Below are positions 8,606-17,819 of a DNA stretch of 38,785 bases, piece after piece. The first letter of the stretch is position 1, and each line of letters opens with the position of its first letter. The position numbers and the translations under genes were made by a program. The notes under the pieces were generated by a model. It made no database searches. It was not told the DNA's origin and saw nothing but the letters and a program-made list of their open reading frames with translations. The DNA is from an uncultured archaeon (GTDB lineage Archaea > Iainarchaeota > Iainarchaeia > Iainarchaeales > GW2011-AR10), in contig CAYIER010000002.1 of the NCBI GenBank assembly GCA_964362395.1, forward strand, positions 1 to 38,785. Direction: 5' to 3'.

Positions 8606-9031
8606 TCACCTTTTGCTCTTTTGTTTTTTCTTCCTTGCCTTTGTTCCAAGGGGCTTCTTTGGCTCAACCCTTCTTGAGTCATCAACCAGAAGCATCCGGT
8701 CATATTTCAGGAATTTTTGTTTCAATTTTTCGTTCGGGTGAAACTTCACAAGCGCCTTTGCAATAGCGCTTCTTGCGCTCACTGCCTGGCCCATGAATCC
8801 CCCGCCCGCAACGCTTACAGAAATGTCAACCTCGCCTGCAAGGGTTTCTGCAAGCTCAAGCGGTTCTTTGACAAATTCGTAAAGGTACTTTGGCTTGATT
8901 GTCTCAATGTTCCTTTTGTTAATGTGCACTATTCCTGTGCCCTTCCTAATGACTGCGCGCGCAACAGCGGTTTTTTTCTTCGCCTTGGAAGTGATTCCTC
9001 TTCCTTTCTTTTTCTTTTTTTTCTCATCCAT
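8606..9031 (-). CDS. rps9: 30S ribosomal protein S9
   Basis: GKRKTAVARA-like KKKTAVARAVIRKGTG, GGG.MGQA.A.R.AIA.AL and C-terminal RRVEPKK. ATG at 9031; the ORF track offers GTG at 9043. Confidence 0.9.
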   Translation of the reverse strand: MDEKKKKKKGRGITSKAKKKTAVARAVIRKGTGIVHINKRNIETIKPKYLYEFVKEPLELAETLAGEVDISVSVAGGGFMGQAVSARSAIAKALVKFHPNEKLKQKFLKYDRMLLVDDSRRVEPKKPLGTKARKKKQKSKR

Positions 9032-9036
9032 AAAAT

Positions 9037-9459
9037 TCACCACTTGGCCCCAAGCATCCTGCTGATTTCCTCGACTGACACGAGTTTTTTTGAAACGCCC
9101 TTTGCTGCCTCGCTGATTATGCGCGGCTTTGACTCCTTAAACTGCCTTGGCACCCCGATATATGCCTTGAATTTTTTCATTGCTTCGCGCCCGCGCGTGG
9201 TTTTAATCGGAAGCATTCCCCGCACTGCGGCCTTTACAATCATCGTTGGCATCCTGTAAAACTTTGGCCCGATTTTTGGGTTTCCAAGGTACCTCTGCAG
9301 CGACCTCTTCTTGTATTTTTCAAGCATCTGTTCCTTGTTCCCGCTGATGACAATTTTTTCGGCATTAATCAGGTCTACCTGTTCGCCTGAAAGAAGTTTT
9401 TTTGCGACAACGGACGCCATCCTTCCCATGTTTGCCTGTGCCCCGTCAATGACAGTCAT
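9037..9459 (-). CDS. rpl13: 50S ribosomal protein L13
   Basis: VIDGAQANMGRMASVVAKKLL.GE.V.LINAEK pattern. Confidence 0.95.
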   Translation of the reverse strand: MTVIDGAQANMGRMASVVAKKLLSGEQVDLINAEKIVISGNKEQMLEKYKKRSLQRYLGNPKIGPKFYRMPTMIVKAAVRGMLPIKTTRGREAMKKFKAYIGVPRQFKESKPRIISEAAKGVSKKLVSVEEISRMLGAKW

Positions 9460-9812
9460 TTCACAATCACCATCGAACTTGTTTTTTCCCCTGATTTTGC
9501 AAGCTCTTCAAAAGTCAATGCTTTCCCTTTCGCGTTTTTTATTTTTTCAAAAGCCGCCCTTGAAAAAGAAAGCGCTGCCACAGTGAGCGTGCCTGATAGC
9601 TCGCCTTTCGCCAGCACGAAACCCGGTACGACAAAAATTTTTCCCTTGTTTTTTTTCGAAAGCCGGTCAAGCTTCCAGAGGTTGATTTTTGCAAGGTTTT
9701 TTCTTGGCCCTGCAATGCGCCTGGCTATGTCCTTAAAAATTTCTTTGCCGGTTTTTTTGCCGTGCTTTTCCATTGCAACTGAAACCTTGTAGTTTTTTTT
9801 CACTTCAGGCAT
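9456..9812 (-). CDS. rpl18e: 50S ribosomal protein L18e
   Basis: LKDIARRIAGPRKN...KINLWKLDRL...VVPGFVLAKGEL motif. ATG at 9812 follows an AGTGA Shine-Dalgarno-like motif; an alternative GTG lies at 9824. Confidence 0.85.
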   Translation of the reverse strand: MPEVKKNYKVSVAMEKHGKKTGKEIFKDIARRIAGPRKNLAKINLWKLDRLSKKNKGKIFVVPGFVLAKGELSGTLTVAALSFSRAAFEKIKNAKGKALTFEELAKSGEKTSSMVIVK

Positions 9813-9868
9813 TTTTTTTATCACTTTGAATTTTTGCTTTTTTTATTGTAATCCAAATTTATATTATC

Positions 9869-9970
9869 GCCCCGTCTTCAGACGGGACACATCCGCGGTG
9901 TAACAAATTGGCAAAGAAAATATAATGATTATTCAACTGCCAATTTGTTAAAACGGACGCAAACGTTTTT
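9869..9970. repeat. Mosaic hairpin element, copy C (between tRNA-Leu and L18e)
   Basis: gccccgtc-ttca-gacgggac, then a long hairpin taacaaattggca-N24-tgccaatttgtta (13 bp perfect), then aaaacg-N8-cgtttt. Confidence 0.8.
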
Positions 9971-9984
9971 TTTATTTTTTTGAT

Positions 9985-10090
9985 TGCAGGGGGGAGGATT
10001 CGAACCCCCGAAGGCACTGAGCCACAGGATCGCTCATCTTATTTTATTGCATCTTAAGTCCTGCCCATTAAACCGCTTTGGTACCCCTGC
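9985..10090 (-). tRNA. tRNA-Leu (anticodon UAA), class II, with a ~22-nt intron at the canonical 37/38 position; no encoded CCA
   Basis: Minus strand: acceptor GCAGGGG/CCCCTGC plus A73, 3-bp D stem, anticodon stem CAGGA/TCCTG with loop CTTAAGA interrupted by an insert, long variable arm GGC-TCAGT-GCC, T arm GGGGG-TTCGAAT-CCTCC. Confidence 0.8.
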
Positions 10091-10104
10091 ATCCCCCTAT
10101 TTGT

Positions 10105-10866
10105 TTACTTTATTTTTTTCATTTCTCCCCTGAATTCTTTTGCTTTCTCCCGTATTGCTTCAACTGCGAGGGAAAAAATGTCCGCCAATTTATGGTTTCC
10201 ATAATTGTCTACAGTTATCACAAACGAATCCGAATCATAACCCACAGTCATTGCCCCCGGCGGCGCAATGTCGGCGCATTTAAGCAAAAGGTCAATGTTC
10301 ACATTAATCGGGTCCGAAACAATTATTTTTCCCGCCTTTTGTTCAAGCACGCCCTTTGGGCACTCCGCAATGAACTTTTTGGGGTCCTTGATGAGCTTTG
10401 TTTCAAAGCTGACTTTTGGGATTTCCCTAAATGCAATGAGCGCGCTCTGCCATTTTACATGGTCTTTTCCTTTTCCGACAACCGCTTCGGCTTCAAGCCT
10501 TATCCTCTGGTCTTTTTTCAGCTTTGCAATCGGGACATTTTTGTCGATGAACTCGATTTTGGGGTCGGTGCTTTTGATGTCGCGGCTATAAACCATTCCC
10601 GGCCCTTCCTTGTCAAGCACAAACTTCACAATATCCCCCGCCTTGTATTGTGTGTGGTCGGATTTTATCGGGGCCATTGAAATCCTGTGCACAAGGTACT
10701 CGTCAAACAATGCAGAATTGTTGTCATAAATTGTAACATCTTCAATCGCAAAAGTTGGCACGCTGTTCATTGCGGCCCGCCTGATGCTGTTAAGCAGGGT
10801 GGCATCTATTCCTTTCACCAGAATTTTGGTGCAATTGTGCGTTTCGCCGATTTTTTTAAAATCCAT
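10105..10866 (-). CDS. rpoD: DNA-directed RNA polymerase subunit D (Rpo3)
   Basis: LLNSIRRAAMNSVPTFAIEDV.IYDNNS.L.DE.L.HRI..API motif. Confidence 0.9.
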   Translation of the reverse strand: MDFKKIGETHNCTKILVKGIDATLLNSIRRAAMNSVPTFAIEDVTIYDNNSALFDEYLVHRISMAPIKSDHTQYKAGDIVKFVLDKEGPGMVYSRDIKSTDPKIEFIDKNVPIAKLKKDQRIRLEAEAVVGKGKDHVKWQSALIAFREIPKVSFETKLIKDPKKFIAECPKGVLEQKAGKIIVSDPINVNIDLLLKCADIAPPGAMTVGYDSDSFVITVDNYGNHKLADIFSLAVEAIREKAKEFRGEMKKIK

Positions 10867-10880
10867 GTTAAAAAACCTCT

Positions 10881-11267
10881 TTACTTTTTCTTGCTTCGGT
10901 GCCTTTTTTTCCTTCTGGTACCGTTGTGGGGAACCGGTGTAACATTTTGTATTGATTTAATTCTTAAACCGTTTCGTGTAAGGCTGATGATTGCTGCTTC
11001 CGCTCCCTGCCCCGGGTTTTTTGGCCTGATTCCACCCTGCCCCCTGACCCTGACATGCACTTCTGTTATGCCCTTTTCTTTTGCCGACTGTGCAATTATT
11101 TCTGCAACTTTCATTGCAGCATACGGGCTTCCTTCCTTGTGCTGTGCCTTCACGACTTTCCCGCCGCTGCTTTGCACAATTGTTTCCGCACCAGTCTCGT
11201 CTGTAAGCAGAATTATCGTGTTGTTCCTTGAAGCATAAATGTGAATTATTCCAGAATTACTCGCCAC
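10881..11267 (-). CDS. rps11: 30S ribosomal protein S11
   Basis: [17 protein letters not shown] and V.VRG.GGIR....PGQGAEAAI pattern. Confidence 0.95.
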   Translation of the reverse strand: MASNSGIIHIYASRNNTIILLTDETGAETIVQSSGGKVVKAQHKEGSPYAAMKVAEIIAQSAKEKGITEVHVRVRGQGGIRPKNPGQGAEAAIISLTRNGLRIKSIQNVTPVPHNGTRRKKRHRSKKK

Positions 11268-11880
11268 TCGCGTTCACTTCCTCTTGCATTGCCTGCCCGC
11301 TTTCTTCCATTTTTTCCTCGCCAGGTTTTGCACCTGCTTCCTCAAACTTCTTTTTGAGTTCCTCTTTGCTCTGTGGCTTTGCCACATCCTCCATTACAAC
11401 CATTTTCTTTCCCCTATAGTACCCGATTTTTTCCACCTTGTCTAGTGGCACAAGGAAATTTGGCGAAGTAATTTTTTCGCCCTCAATTGCAATGTGGCCA
11501 TGCACGATGAACTGCCTTGCCTGCTTTGGCGTCCTTGCAAGGTTCTGTTTCCAGACAATTGTCTGCAGCCGCTTGTCAAGGGCTTCGCGCGTTGTCAGGC
11601 CAAGCACGTCATCAATTGTTGCGCCATACGGCAAAAAGCCATATTTTGCAAGGCTCTTCACAAGGTCTTTTTCCATTTTTACGCGCACTTCCAGAGGCGC
11701 AACAAGCAGGTTTTTTGCATTCTGCCTTTTTTTCCTGACAAAAGTCTCAATTATCCGAAGCTCTCTTTTGTTCTTTAAGCCATATGCTTTTTTGATTTCC
11801 TTTTCTTCCTCTATCCTTGCCTTGTCCCAGCGCTTTCTGGGGCTGTCATATTTTTTTCTGCTTTTCCTTATTCCACCCAT
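11257..11880 (-). CDS. rps4: 30S ribosomal protein S4 (with acidic/Lys-rich C-terminal extension)
   Basis: [17 protein letters not shown]......YGLKNKRE and an S4 domain ([11 protein letters not shown]). Confidence 0.95.
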   Translation of the reverse strand: MGGIRKSRKKYDSPRKRWDKARIEEEKEIKKAYGLKNKRELRIIETFVRKKRQNAKNLLVAPLEVRVKMEKDLVKSLAKYGFLPYGATIDDVLGLTTREALDKRLQTIVWKQNLARTPKQARQFIVHGHIAIEGEKITSPNFLVPLDKVEKIGYYRGKKMVVMEDVAKPQSKEELKKKFEEAGAKPGEEKMEESGQAMQEEVNASGE

Positions 11881-11886
11881 AAACTA

Positions 11887-12462
11887 TCACTTCTTTTTCT
11901 CCGATGCCTTTGCCTTTTCCGGCTGCTTTCCTGCCGCCGCCGGCGCGCCCTTTTCTGCTCCGCCAGCCGCCTTTGGAGCCATTGCCTGCTTTGCTTCCTT
12001 CTTCATTACGCCGACAACTCCGCCCTTACCACGATGGGTGCTCTTTGTCCTCTGGCCCCGAACCGGCAGGCCCCAACCAAGGCGCAACCCCTTGTATGAC
12101 TTGATTTCGCTTAGCTTTTGCAGGTCCTGCCGTTTTGCAAACTCAAGCTCATTTGTGACCAGGTGAATGCTTTTCCCCGTTGAATTGTCATTTTGCCGAT
12201 TAAACGCCCATTCCGGAATTCCATGCGCGCTTGGGTGTGCAAGAATCTCTTCAAGCTCTTTTCCCTGTTCTTCTGTGAGTTCGCCAAGCTTTGTCTTGTA
12301 AACCACACTGGATTTTTTTTCAAATGCAATTGCAATGCTTTGGGCCATCCTGTGGCTGATTCCCTTTATTGCCCTAAGCGACCTGTCGATCGATTTTGTG
12401 CCATCAAGGTCGCGGCCGGCAATCCTTACAATATACCTTGTGTTTTCTTTTTCTTCAGCCAT
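11887..12462 (-). CDS. rps13: 30S ribosomal protein S13 (with Ala/Lys-rich C-terminal tail)
   Basis: YIVRIAGRDLDG.K....L..IKGI....A and YKGLRLGWGLPVRGQRTKS motifs. Confidence 0.95.
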   Translation of the reverse strand: MAEEKENTRYIVRIAGRDLDGTKSIDRSLRAIKGISHRMAQSIAIAFEKKSSVVYKTKLGELTEEQGKELEEILAHPSAHGIPEWAFNRQNDNSTGKSIHLVTNELEFAKRQDLQKLSEIKSYKGLRLGWGLPVRGQRTKSTHRGKGGVVGVMKKEAKQAMAPKAAGGAEKGAPAAAGKQPEKAKASEKKK

Positions 12463-12468
12463 CTTTGC

Positions 12469-12693
12469 TCACTTAAACATTTTAACGATTTCCTCGTGCG
12501 GTTCATTTTCCTTTATTTTCAGTTTTTCTTCGGTGGTCGGAAACAAATGAAGCACATTGCATTTGCGCCTCTTGACTCTTTTTCCGTCAATCAGAACAAA
12601 GTTTTTGTCAACAACCTTTACCACAACCGCTTTCTGCCCTGCCTCGCGGCCGGTTGTCTTGATGCATACCCTCCCGACTTCTATTGCGCCCAT
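12469..12693 (-). CDS. rpl14e: 50S ribosomal protein L14e
   Basis: KOW-like IEVGRVCIKTTGREAGQKAVVV.VVD.NFVLIDG motif. Confidence 0.9.
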   Translation of the reverse strand: MGAIEVGRVCIKTTGREAGQKAVVVKVVDKNFVLIDGKRVKRRKCNVLHLFPTTEEKLKIKENEPHEEIVKMFK

Positions 12694-13046
12694 TACAAAT
12701 CCACCCTGTGCATTGCCATTTCGACAAAATTTTTTATTTTAAACGAAACAGCCCCCATTTCCTTTTGCTGCCCCTTTACCTTTATTGCTTCCTCCAAAAC
12801 GTTTCTTCTGCATGGCGAGCAAAGCACTCCGCCAAACGCAACGGACGGCCTCTTTTGTGTTTTGGAAAGCTTTGACATGCCATAAACACTATGCGAGTGC
12901 GGCACGCCGTGCAGTATTTTTTTGCACAAAGCACAATGGTGCTTTCTTGATTTTCCCTTAAAATAAACAATCTTTGCCTTCCCGCTGGTGATTCTGACAA
13001 ATTTTTTTTCGCTTGCCCTCTCGTGTTTTGTCGGCATCTGTTTCAC
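12693..13046 (-). CDS. rpl34e: 50S ribosomal protein L34e
   Basis: ...HHCALCKKILHGVP......LSKTQKRPSVAFGGVLCSPCRR pattern. Confidence 0.85.
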   Translation of the reverse strand: MKQMPTKHERASEKKFVRITSGKAKIVYFKGKSRKHHCALCKKILHGVPHSHSVYGMSKLSKTQKRPSVAFGGVLCSPCRRNVLEEAIKVKGQQKEMGAVSFKIKNFVEMAMHRVDL

Positions 13047-13525
13047 TTCTTCCTGTTTTCAATGATTTTTGTAAGCGGGTTAAGCACCAACAGGCTGAAC
13101 AAAAGCGATGTAAGCACATACCAGCCAATCCAGTTGGTCTGACTATAGAAATGAATCCACGTAAGCGGGTTTACTATGTCCACATTTGGCGCAATCCATG
13201 GAACCGGGGCCGGCAAATCAATCACATCTTGCGCGTACACAGAGCCCACAAGCCAAAAAACCGGCAGCACAACCACCAGTGAAACAACCATGAATTTCAT
13301 CGAAGAACCCATCACGATGTTCATCGAGTCAAGCATTTCTTTTTCCATGTTTTCCCTTTCCTTGCGTGACTTTTCGTCATCCCTTTTCATCAATTCCTTT
13401 ACTTTTTCCTGCGTTTTTTTCATTTTGTCCTGATGCTCTTTTAACTGTTTTTGGTTGCCGATTTTTAGCTGCAACACCTTTTGCACCACAACCATGGCCA
13501 CTGAAATAATTGCCAGTTCTATCAT
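13043..13525 (-). CDS. DUF106 / YidC-Oxa1-like membrane insertase homolog (EMC3/Get1 superfamily)
   Basis: TM helix, then a Lys/Glu coiled-coil (KEHQDKMKKTQEKVKELMKRDDEKSRKEREN), then two TM helices. It sits at the conserved position downstream of secY. Start inferred at ATG 13525. Confidence 0.55.
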   Translation of the reverse strand: MIELAIISVAMVVVQKVLQLKIGNQKQLKEHQDKMKKTQEKVKELMKRDDEKSRKERENMEKEMLDSMNIVMGSSMKFMVVSLVVVLPVFWLVGSVYAQDVIDLPAPVPWIAPNVDIVNPLTWIHFYSQTNWIGWYVLTSLLFSLLVLNPLTKIIENRKK

Positions 13526-13606
13526 TGGGCTAAAAAATACCACTAAAACACACTCCAAACAGCCTTAAATTGGGGGAAATTAAGCAAACTATTTTGTGTA
13601 CCATTA

Positions 13607-13648
13607 CAATAAAAAAGCCGATTGCGTCCGCCCTTTGGGCACAGGCGG
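13607..13648 (-). terminator. Hairpin plus U-run downstream of secY (candidate terminator of the spc-type operon)
   Basis: Minus strand CCGCC-N11-GGCGG followed by ...GGCTTTTTTATT. A second 7-bp hairpin gccctgt/acagggc lies at 13664-13686. Confidence 0.35.
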
Positions 13649-13755
13649 CTGGTTCGCGTACATGCCCTGTCCTCCCTTAACAGGGCAAGCAACGTGACAA
13701 TAATGCCACCTAATTGCATCAAAATGCCACTAATACGGTTTTTTTTCATTTTTTT

Positions 13756-15204
13756 TTACCCCAACAATTTTCCAAGCAACGGATGCGCGTCCATCAGCTG
13801 TGCCTTTGCAAGCTCCTCGTATAGCCTGTAAACTATTCCAACCGTCAAAAGGATCCCTGTTCCACTTCCAAGTGCACCAGTAAGATCTGCAAATCCCGCC
13901 AATAAGCCGACGAATGCAGAGCCAAGGATTGTGATTGGTGGAATGTACCTGTCAAGAACGCTTTTGATTATCCTTGGGTCGCGCCGAAAGCCCGGAATGA
14001 ACATGCCCGACTTTTCAAGCTGGTTTGAAACAGTTTCCGGGCCCTGCCCAGCCATCTCAATCCATAATTTTCCAAACACTATGCATACAAGTGTCAAAAT
14101 AATGATGTACAATATTCCGTGCAAAATGTTTCCGCCAAGCCCTATAAATTGCAGCTTAAAGATGCTGTCCAAAAATTGCTGTAAAATTATTGGCGAAATT
14201 CCCTGCTTAAGAAAATCTTGTGCGAGGTTTTGCGGCGCAATGACGACCGTTGAAATAAAACTCATTGCAGTATACAGAAACCCCCCGACTAGTGGAACGG
14301 AAGTGAGCCTTGTTGAAAGGATTGTGCCAATCAGCTGGATGTTTGAAAAAAGTGCGACCGCCAAAATCACTGGAATGTTTGAAACATAAAGAAACTTCAC
14401 CGGGAACCTTGACTTTAATCCAGCGCGCCCCACTGCAATCGGTATATTCACATGCATTCCTTCAGCAAACACGACCACGAGGAAAACCAATACTGCAAAA
14501 ATAATCGGGGTTAGGTTGTCAACGAATGCAAACCATGCGTTTGAGCCGAACTGGCGCAAAAACAAGAATATCAGCCCGTCCGCGCTTGCCAAATCAAGGA
14601 CAACTTTTTGGGTTGCCGGGTTAAAAAATGTGGGGTTCAAAATCCTCCAAATCGCCGAGCCTACAACTCCGCCTGCAATGAACAGCCCGATTCCTGAACT
14701 AATTCCGTGCTTTGAAACAATCTCGTCAAGGTAAAGCAATGCAATCGAGCCAAACGCTATCTGCAGGATCACAATGTATTGCATTTCTGGCGCCGCGAGT
14801 ACAAGCCCACTGAGCACGTAAACCGATGCCTCAACAAAGCACAAAACCACTGCAAACAATTTCTGCATTCCGGTAAAGCGTGCCTTGTCTTTTGAATCTG
14901 TGAGGTCGACTTTCAGCAGCCCGCCTCCGACAAGCAGCTGTAAAATGATTGATGCAAGGACAATGGGGCCGATTCCGACAGTAATTATTGTGCCAATCTG
15001 GCTTGCAAGGATTACCTGTAGCTGTTCAAGCGGCCCGGCGTTGCTTCCGGTAACACCAATAGCGTTGATGTTTCCCATGACATAAAACAATACAAGGGCG
15101 AGGCCAGTCCATATCAGTTTTTTTTTCATCGGCGGAGGGACTTCAGGCGTTTTTATCTCCGGCAGCAATTTGTAAACCGGCTCCAAAATGTCAAGAATGC
15201 TCAT
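13756..15204 (-). CDS. secY: Preprotein translocase subunit SecY
   Basis: 482 aa and multi-TM, with N-terminal LPEIKTPE and typical SecY loops. Located after L15. Confidence 0.95.
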   Translation of the reverse strand: MSILDILEPVYKLLPEIKTPEVPPPMKKKLIWTGLALVLFYVMGNINAIGVTGSNAGPLEQLQVILASQIGTIITVGIGPIVLASIILQLLVGGGLLKVDLTDSKDKARFTGMQKLFAVVLCFVEASVYVLSGLVLAAPEMQYIVILQIAFGSIALLYLDEIVSKHGISSGIGLFIAGGVVGSAIWRILNPTFFNPATQKVVLDLASADGLIFLFLRQFGSNAWFAFVDNLTPIIFAVLVFLVVVFAEGMHVNIPIAVGRAGLKSRFPVKFLYVSNIPVILAVALFSNIQLIGTILSTRLTSVPLVGGFLYTAMSFISTVVIAPQNLAQDFLKQGISPIILQQFLDSIFKLQFIGLGGNILHGILYIIILTLVCIVFGKLWIEMAGQGPETVSNQLEKSGMFIPGFRRDPRIIKSVLDRYIPPITILGSAFVGLLAGFADLTGALGSGTGILLTVGIVYRLYEELAKAQLMDAHPLLGKLLG

Positions 15205-15208
15205 TCAA

Positions 15209-15688
15209 TTATTCTCCTTCTTCCTCTTCTTTTGTTTCTTCTTCAAATTCTTTTTCGGCGCCTGTTTCTGTTTCCTGCTCAAATTTTCCGCCCGCATTTT
15301 TTATTTTTTCAAAAGCCTTCGCGCTTGCAGAAACGTTCCGAAAAACTGCTTTGTGCCTCAGCTCCCCGACCCCAAGGATTTTCCCGACGCCCATTTTTTT
15401 TCCGTCAAAAACAATTTCGCCGTTCAATTTTTCTGCATCCTTTTGCTCCAAGAGCCGGGCAATTTTTTTGCTGACATCCTCTAGGTTTAACGCAAGCTGT
15501 TTTTGCTTTGGCTTTAACTTCCGCAGCGCGCCCACTTCGTGCTGGTATAGCTGGCGCTTGTGCTTCTTTGAGCCAGCATCCCCGCGCCCGCCCCTCGAGC
15601 CTCCACCCCTGTTATTTTTCGTGTCGCCATGTCCCATTGTCCGGTTTCCGCGCAGCTTGTGCTTTTTCCTTCGAGTTCTTTGTGTCAT
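15209..15688 (-). CDS. rpl15: 50S ribosomal protein L15 (acidic C-terminal tail)
   Basis: RRKKHKLRGNRTMGHG..KNNRGGGSRGGRG.AG motif. Confidence 0.9.
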   Translation of the reverse strand: MTQRTRRKKHKLRGNRTMGHGDTKNNRGGGSRGGRGDAGSKKHKRQLYQHEVGALRKLKPKQKQLALNLEDVSKKIARLLEQKDAEKLNGEIVFDGKKMGVGKILGVGELRHKAVFRNVSASAKAFEKIKNAGGKFEQETETGAEKEFEEETKEEEEGE

Positions 15689-15701
15689 TTTCTATCAGCC
15701 C

Positions 15702-16163
15702 TTAAACCATTTTTTCAAGCAATTCATTGATTTTGCCTTTCCGGTAGCCAAGCGCCCCGCCGATGTGGAACGATTTTTTTATTCCCGCCCTCTCAAACCC
15801 CTTGCTTGGAGGGCTCAGCCTAAACACCGGCTTTATCCCAAGCTCTTTTAATTTTTTGCTGCTCTCAATCACCGCTTTTGCAAGCGCAGCAAAATTTTCA
15901 AACTTGTTTTTTTGCAAAAATGCCTTGTCAATCCTTTTGTTTCCCAAGAGCCTTCCGCGCTTTTCCAAAAGCACCGCACAGGCATCCCCGCTTATTTCCC
16001 CAAATGTCACATAATCTTTTACTTTCCGCACCATGCCAGACATTTCCTTTGAATCTGGCACAAGCACCAAGTGGTTTGGCTTGTGCAGCATAAGCAACTC
16101 AAGCGTTTTGCCGTTCTTTGGGTTGATTTCGACAGTTCCCCTGATTCGAATTACCGCAAGCAT
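15702..16163 (-). CDS. rpl30: 50S ribosomal protein L30
   Basis: LAVIRIRGTVEINPK...TLELL.L.K.NH motif. Confidence 0.9.
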   Translation of the reverse strand: MLAVIRIRGTVEINPKNGKTLELLMLHKPNHLVLVPDSKEMSGMVRKVKDYVTFGEISGDACAVLLEKRGRLLGNKRIDKAFLQKNKFENFAALAKAVIESSKKLKELGIKPVFRLSPPSKGFERAGIKKSFHIGGALGYRKGKINELLEKMV

Positions 16164-16870
16164 TACTTGTGCCTCCCGATTTTTGACTCAATGTCCTGCG
16201 AGAGCTTGAATTTTGTGGTGTTTGCAAGCGCGTTAACCGTTGCCTGCACAAAGTCAAGCTTGCTTCTGGTATTCCCAAACGTTTTTGACCAGACATCCTT
16301 TAACCCTGCAAACTTTAACACATCCTTGATGTTGTTGCCCGCAACAAGCCCAGTTCCCTTTGGCGCTGGCAAAAGAATCACGCGAACAGATGAACTGCTT
16401 CCCTCCACCTTAAAAGGCAAAGAGTGTTCAGTGCTGCACGTGCACTGCCAACTGCCACAGCCCTTTAGCACTTTTACAATTGACAGTTTTGCGCTGTTTG
16501 TCGCTTTCCTTATCGCAGGAAACCTTTCCGCGTCCTTTCCTGTCCCTACCCCGATAAGCGAATTGTTGTCGCCAACAAGCACGCCCGCACGGAAAGAAAA
16601 CGACCGCCCAGACCTAGTAACCCTTGTGGTCTTCTTGAAATCTACAAGCTTTTCCTGAATGTCGGAAACCAAAAAATCCACGATTTGCGGCTCAAACACT
16701 TTAAGGTTCAACGCAAACAACTGGTCAAGCGAGGCAACCTCGCCTTTCTTTACCCTGCGCCCCACTTCGGTTGAAGGAACCCAGCTCTCAAGCGCCTTCT
16801 TTCGCATCTCCGCCCTGTCAAGCGCTTCCTCTTCCGGTGTCCGCTTGTCCCTAAATCCCCTTGTCCTCAT
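16163..16870 (-). CDS. rps5: 30S ribosomal protein S5
   Basis: W.P.T.VGR.VK.G......V.R.GR...FRA.VLVGD..G.IGVG.GK and LLPAPKGTGLVAG motifs. Confidence 0.95.
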   Translation of the reverse strand: MRTRGFRDKRTPEEEALDRAEMRKKALESWVPSTEVGRRVKKGEVASLDQLFALNLKVFEPQIVDFLVSDIQEKLVDFKKTTRVTRSGRSFSFRAGVLVGDNNSLIGVGTGKDAERFPAIRKATNSAKLSIVKVLKGCGSWQCTCSTEHSLPFKVEGSSSSVRVILLPAPKGTGLVAGNNIKDVLKFAGLKDVWSKTFGNTRSKLDFVQATVNALANTTKFKLSQDIESKIGRHK

Positions 16871-17382
16871 TTGTTTTCACCAAACTTTTTTTCAATTTCA
16901 GATTTCACTTTATCAAACAAAGTTACGGCATTTTCCTTCAAATGTGCCCCCTTTATCCTTTGCGCTTCAGGAAAAATTCCGGCATCATGTGGCACTTCAA
17001 TTCCCGCGTCAACTAATCCCTTCAATGCGGCAAAAACCCTTGACTTGTGCACCGGCGTCAAAAGGCCAATGTCAAGCACAGCCCGGTTTACTCCCCTGCC
17101 TTTTGCTTTCATTCCAGCAGCAAGGCCTGTCAAGTATGCCGCACTGAGGTTTCCCCTATGCATTGTCCAGCCCAATTTTGCAAGATCCATTGACTTGAAA
17201 GAAACAACCGTTTTGTCCCCCACAGGGTCAAATTCAACAATTTGGACAATCGTGCTGTTGCTTGATTTCCTTATAACCGCCCTTGGGGCACTTCCTTTCA
17301 GCAGTGAAATCCTTTTCCTGTAATTTGTCTTTTGAGAAAGCCTTCTCTTGAAAGGCATGCTGTAAGTTGAAATGTGCGTCAT
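16867..17382 (-). CDS. rpl18: 50S ribosomal protein L18
   Basis: FKRR..QKTNYRKR..LLK....R.V.RKS.N.TI.QIV motif. Confidence 0.95.
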   Translation of the reverse strand: MTHISTYSMPFKRRLSQKTNYRKRISLLKGSAPRAVIRKSSNSTIVQIVEFDPVGDKTVVSFKSMDLAKLGWTMHRGNLSAAYLTGLAAGMKAKGRGVNRAVLDIGLLTPVHKSRVFAALKGLVDAGIEVPHDAGIFPEAQRIKGAHLKENAVTLFDKVKSEIEKKFGENK

Positions 17383-17807
17383 TTTTTGGCCTCCATCACA
17401 GTGGATTCAAGGTGCTTTTTTCCCCGAAAATAACCACCCTTAACCATAAGGTATGCTTTCCTGTAAGGGATTTTCATCTTCTGTTTTCCCTGCTTTAATT
17501 CCTTAAGCTTTTTCCTCTGCGCCCGAACAGCCCTCATCCATTTTTCCTTTGGATTTGTCCGCGCCTTTGCAGTTCCCTTTCTTTTACCAAACCCTCTTTT
17601 GCTTCCCTTCTTTCTTAAAAGCGCCCTTTTCTTATTCTTGCCTGCAAGCCTTTTTTCTTTGACAATCCCTTCCTTAATCAATAACCGCAGATCCTCTTTT
17701 GTCATTGCCTCAGCCACCCTTTCATTTTCAAGCGGGCTGACCCAAATCCTGCTCTTGCCTGTTTTAAGCAATTGCCCCGCCATCCCTTTTGCTTTCTGCG
17801 CCTTCAT
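17379..17807 (-). CDS. rpl19e: 50S ribosomal protein L19e
   Basis: G.SRIWVSP......A.T.ED.R.LI.EG.....R motif. ATG at 17807 lies in the relic junction; the ORF track uses GTG at 17816. Confidence 0.9.
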   Translation of the reverse strand: MKAQKAKGMAGQLLKTGKSRIWVSPLENERVAEAMTKEDLRLLIKEGIVKEKRLAGKNKKRALLRKKGSKRGFGKRKGTAKARTNPKEKWMRAVRAQRKKLKELKQGKQKMKIPYRKAYLMVKGGYFRGKKHLESTVMEAKK

Positions 17808-17819
17808 CTTTTTCACCCG
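17803..17819. repeat. Direct repeat, proximal copy: relic of the L32e stop region overlapping the L19e start
   Basis: ttcatctttttcacccg here versus ttcatcttttccacctg at 17943-17959 (15/17), 140 nt apart, flanking hairpin element D. Confidence 0.7.

Noticed and set aside
13543-13749. 68-aa minus-strand ORF between secY and the DUF106 gene
   Set aside because: It covers the hairpin/U-run spacer, has a Cys/Arg-rich implausible translation, and shows no SD or TATA spacing. It is treated as non-coding structured spacer.
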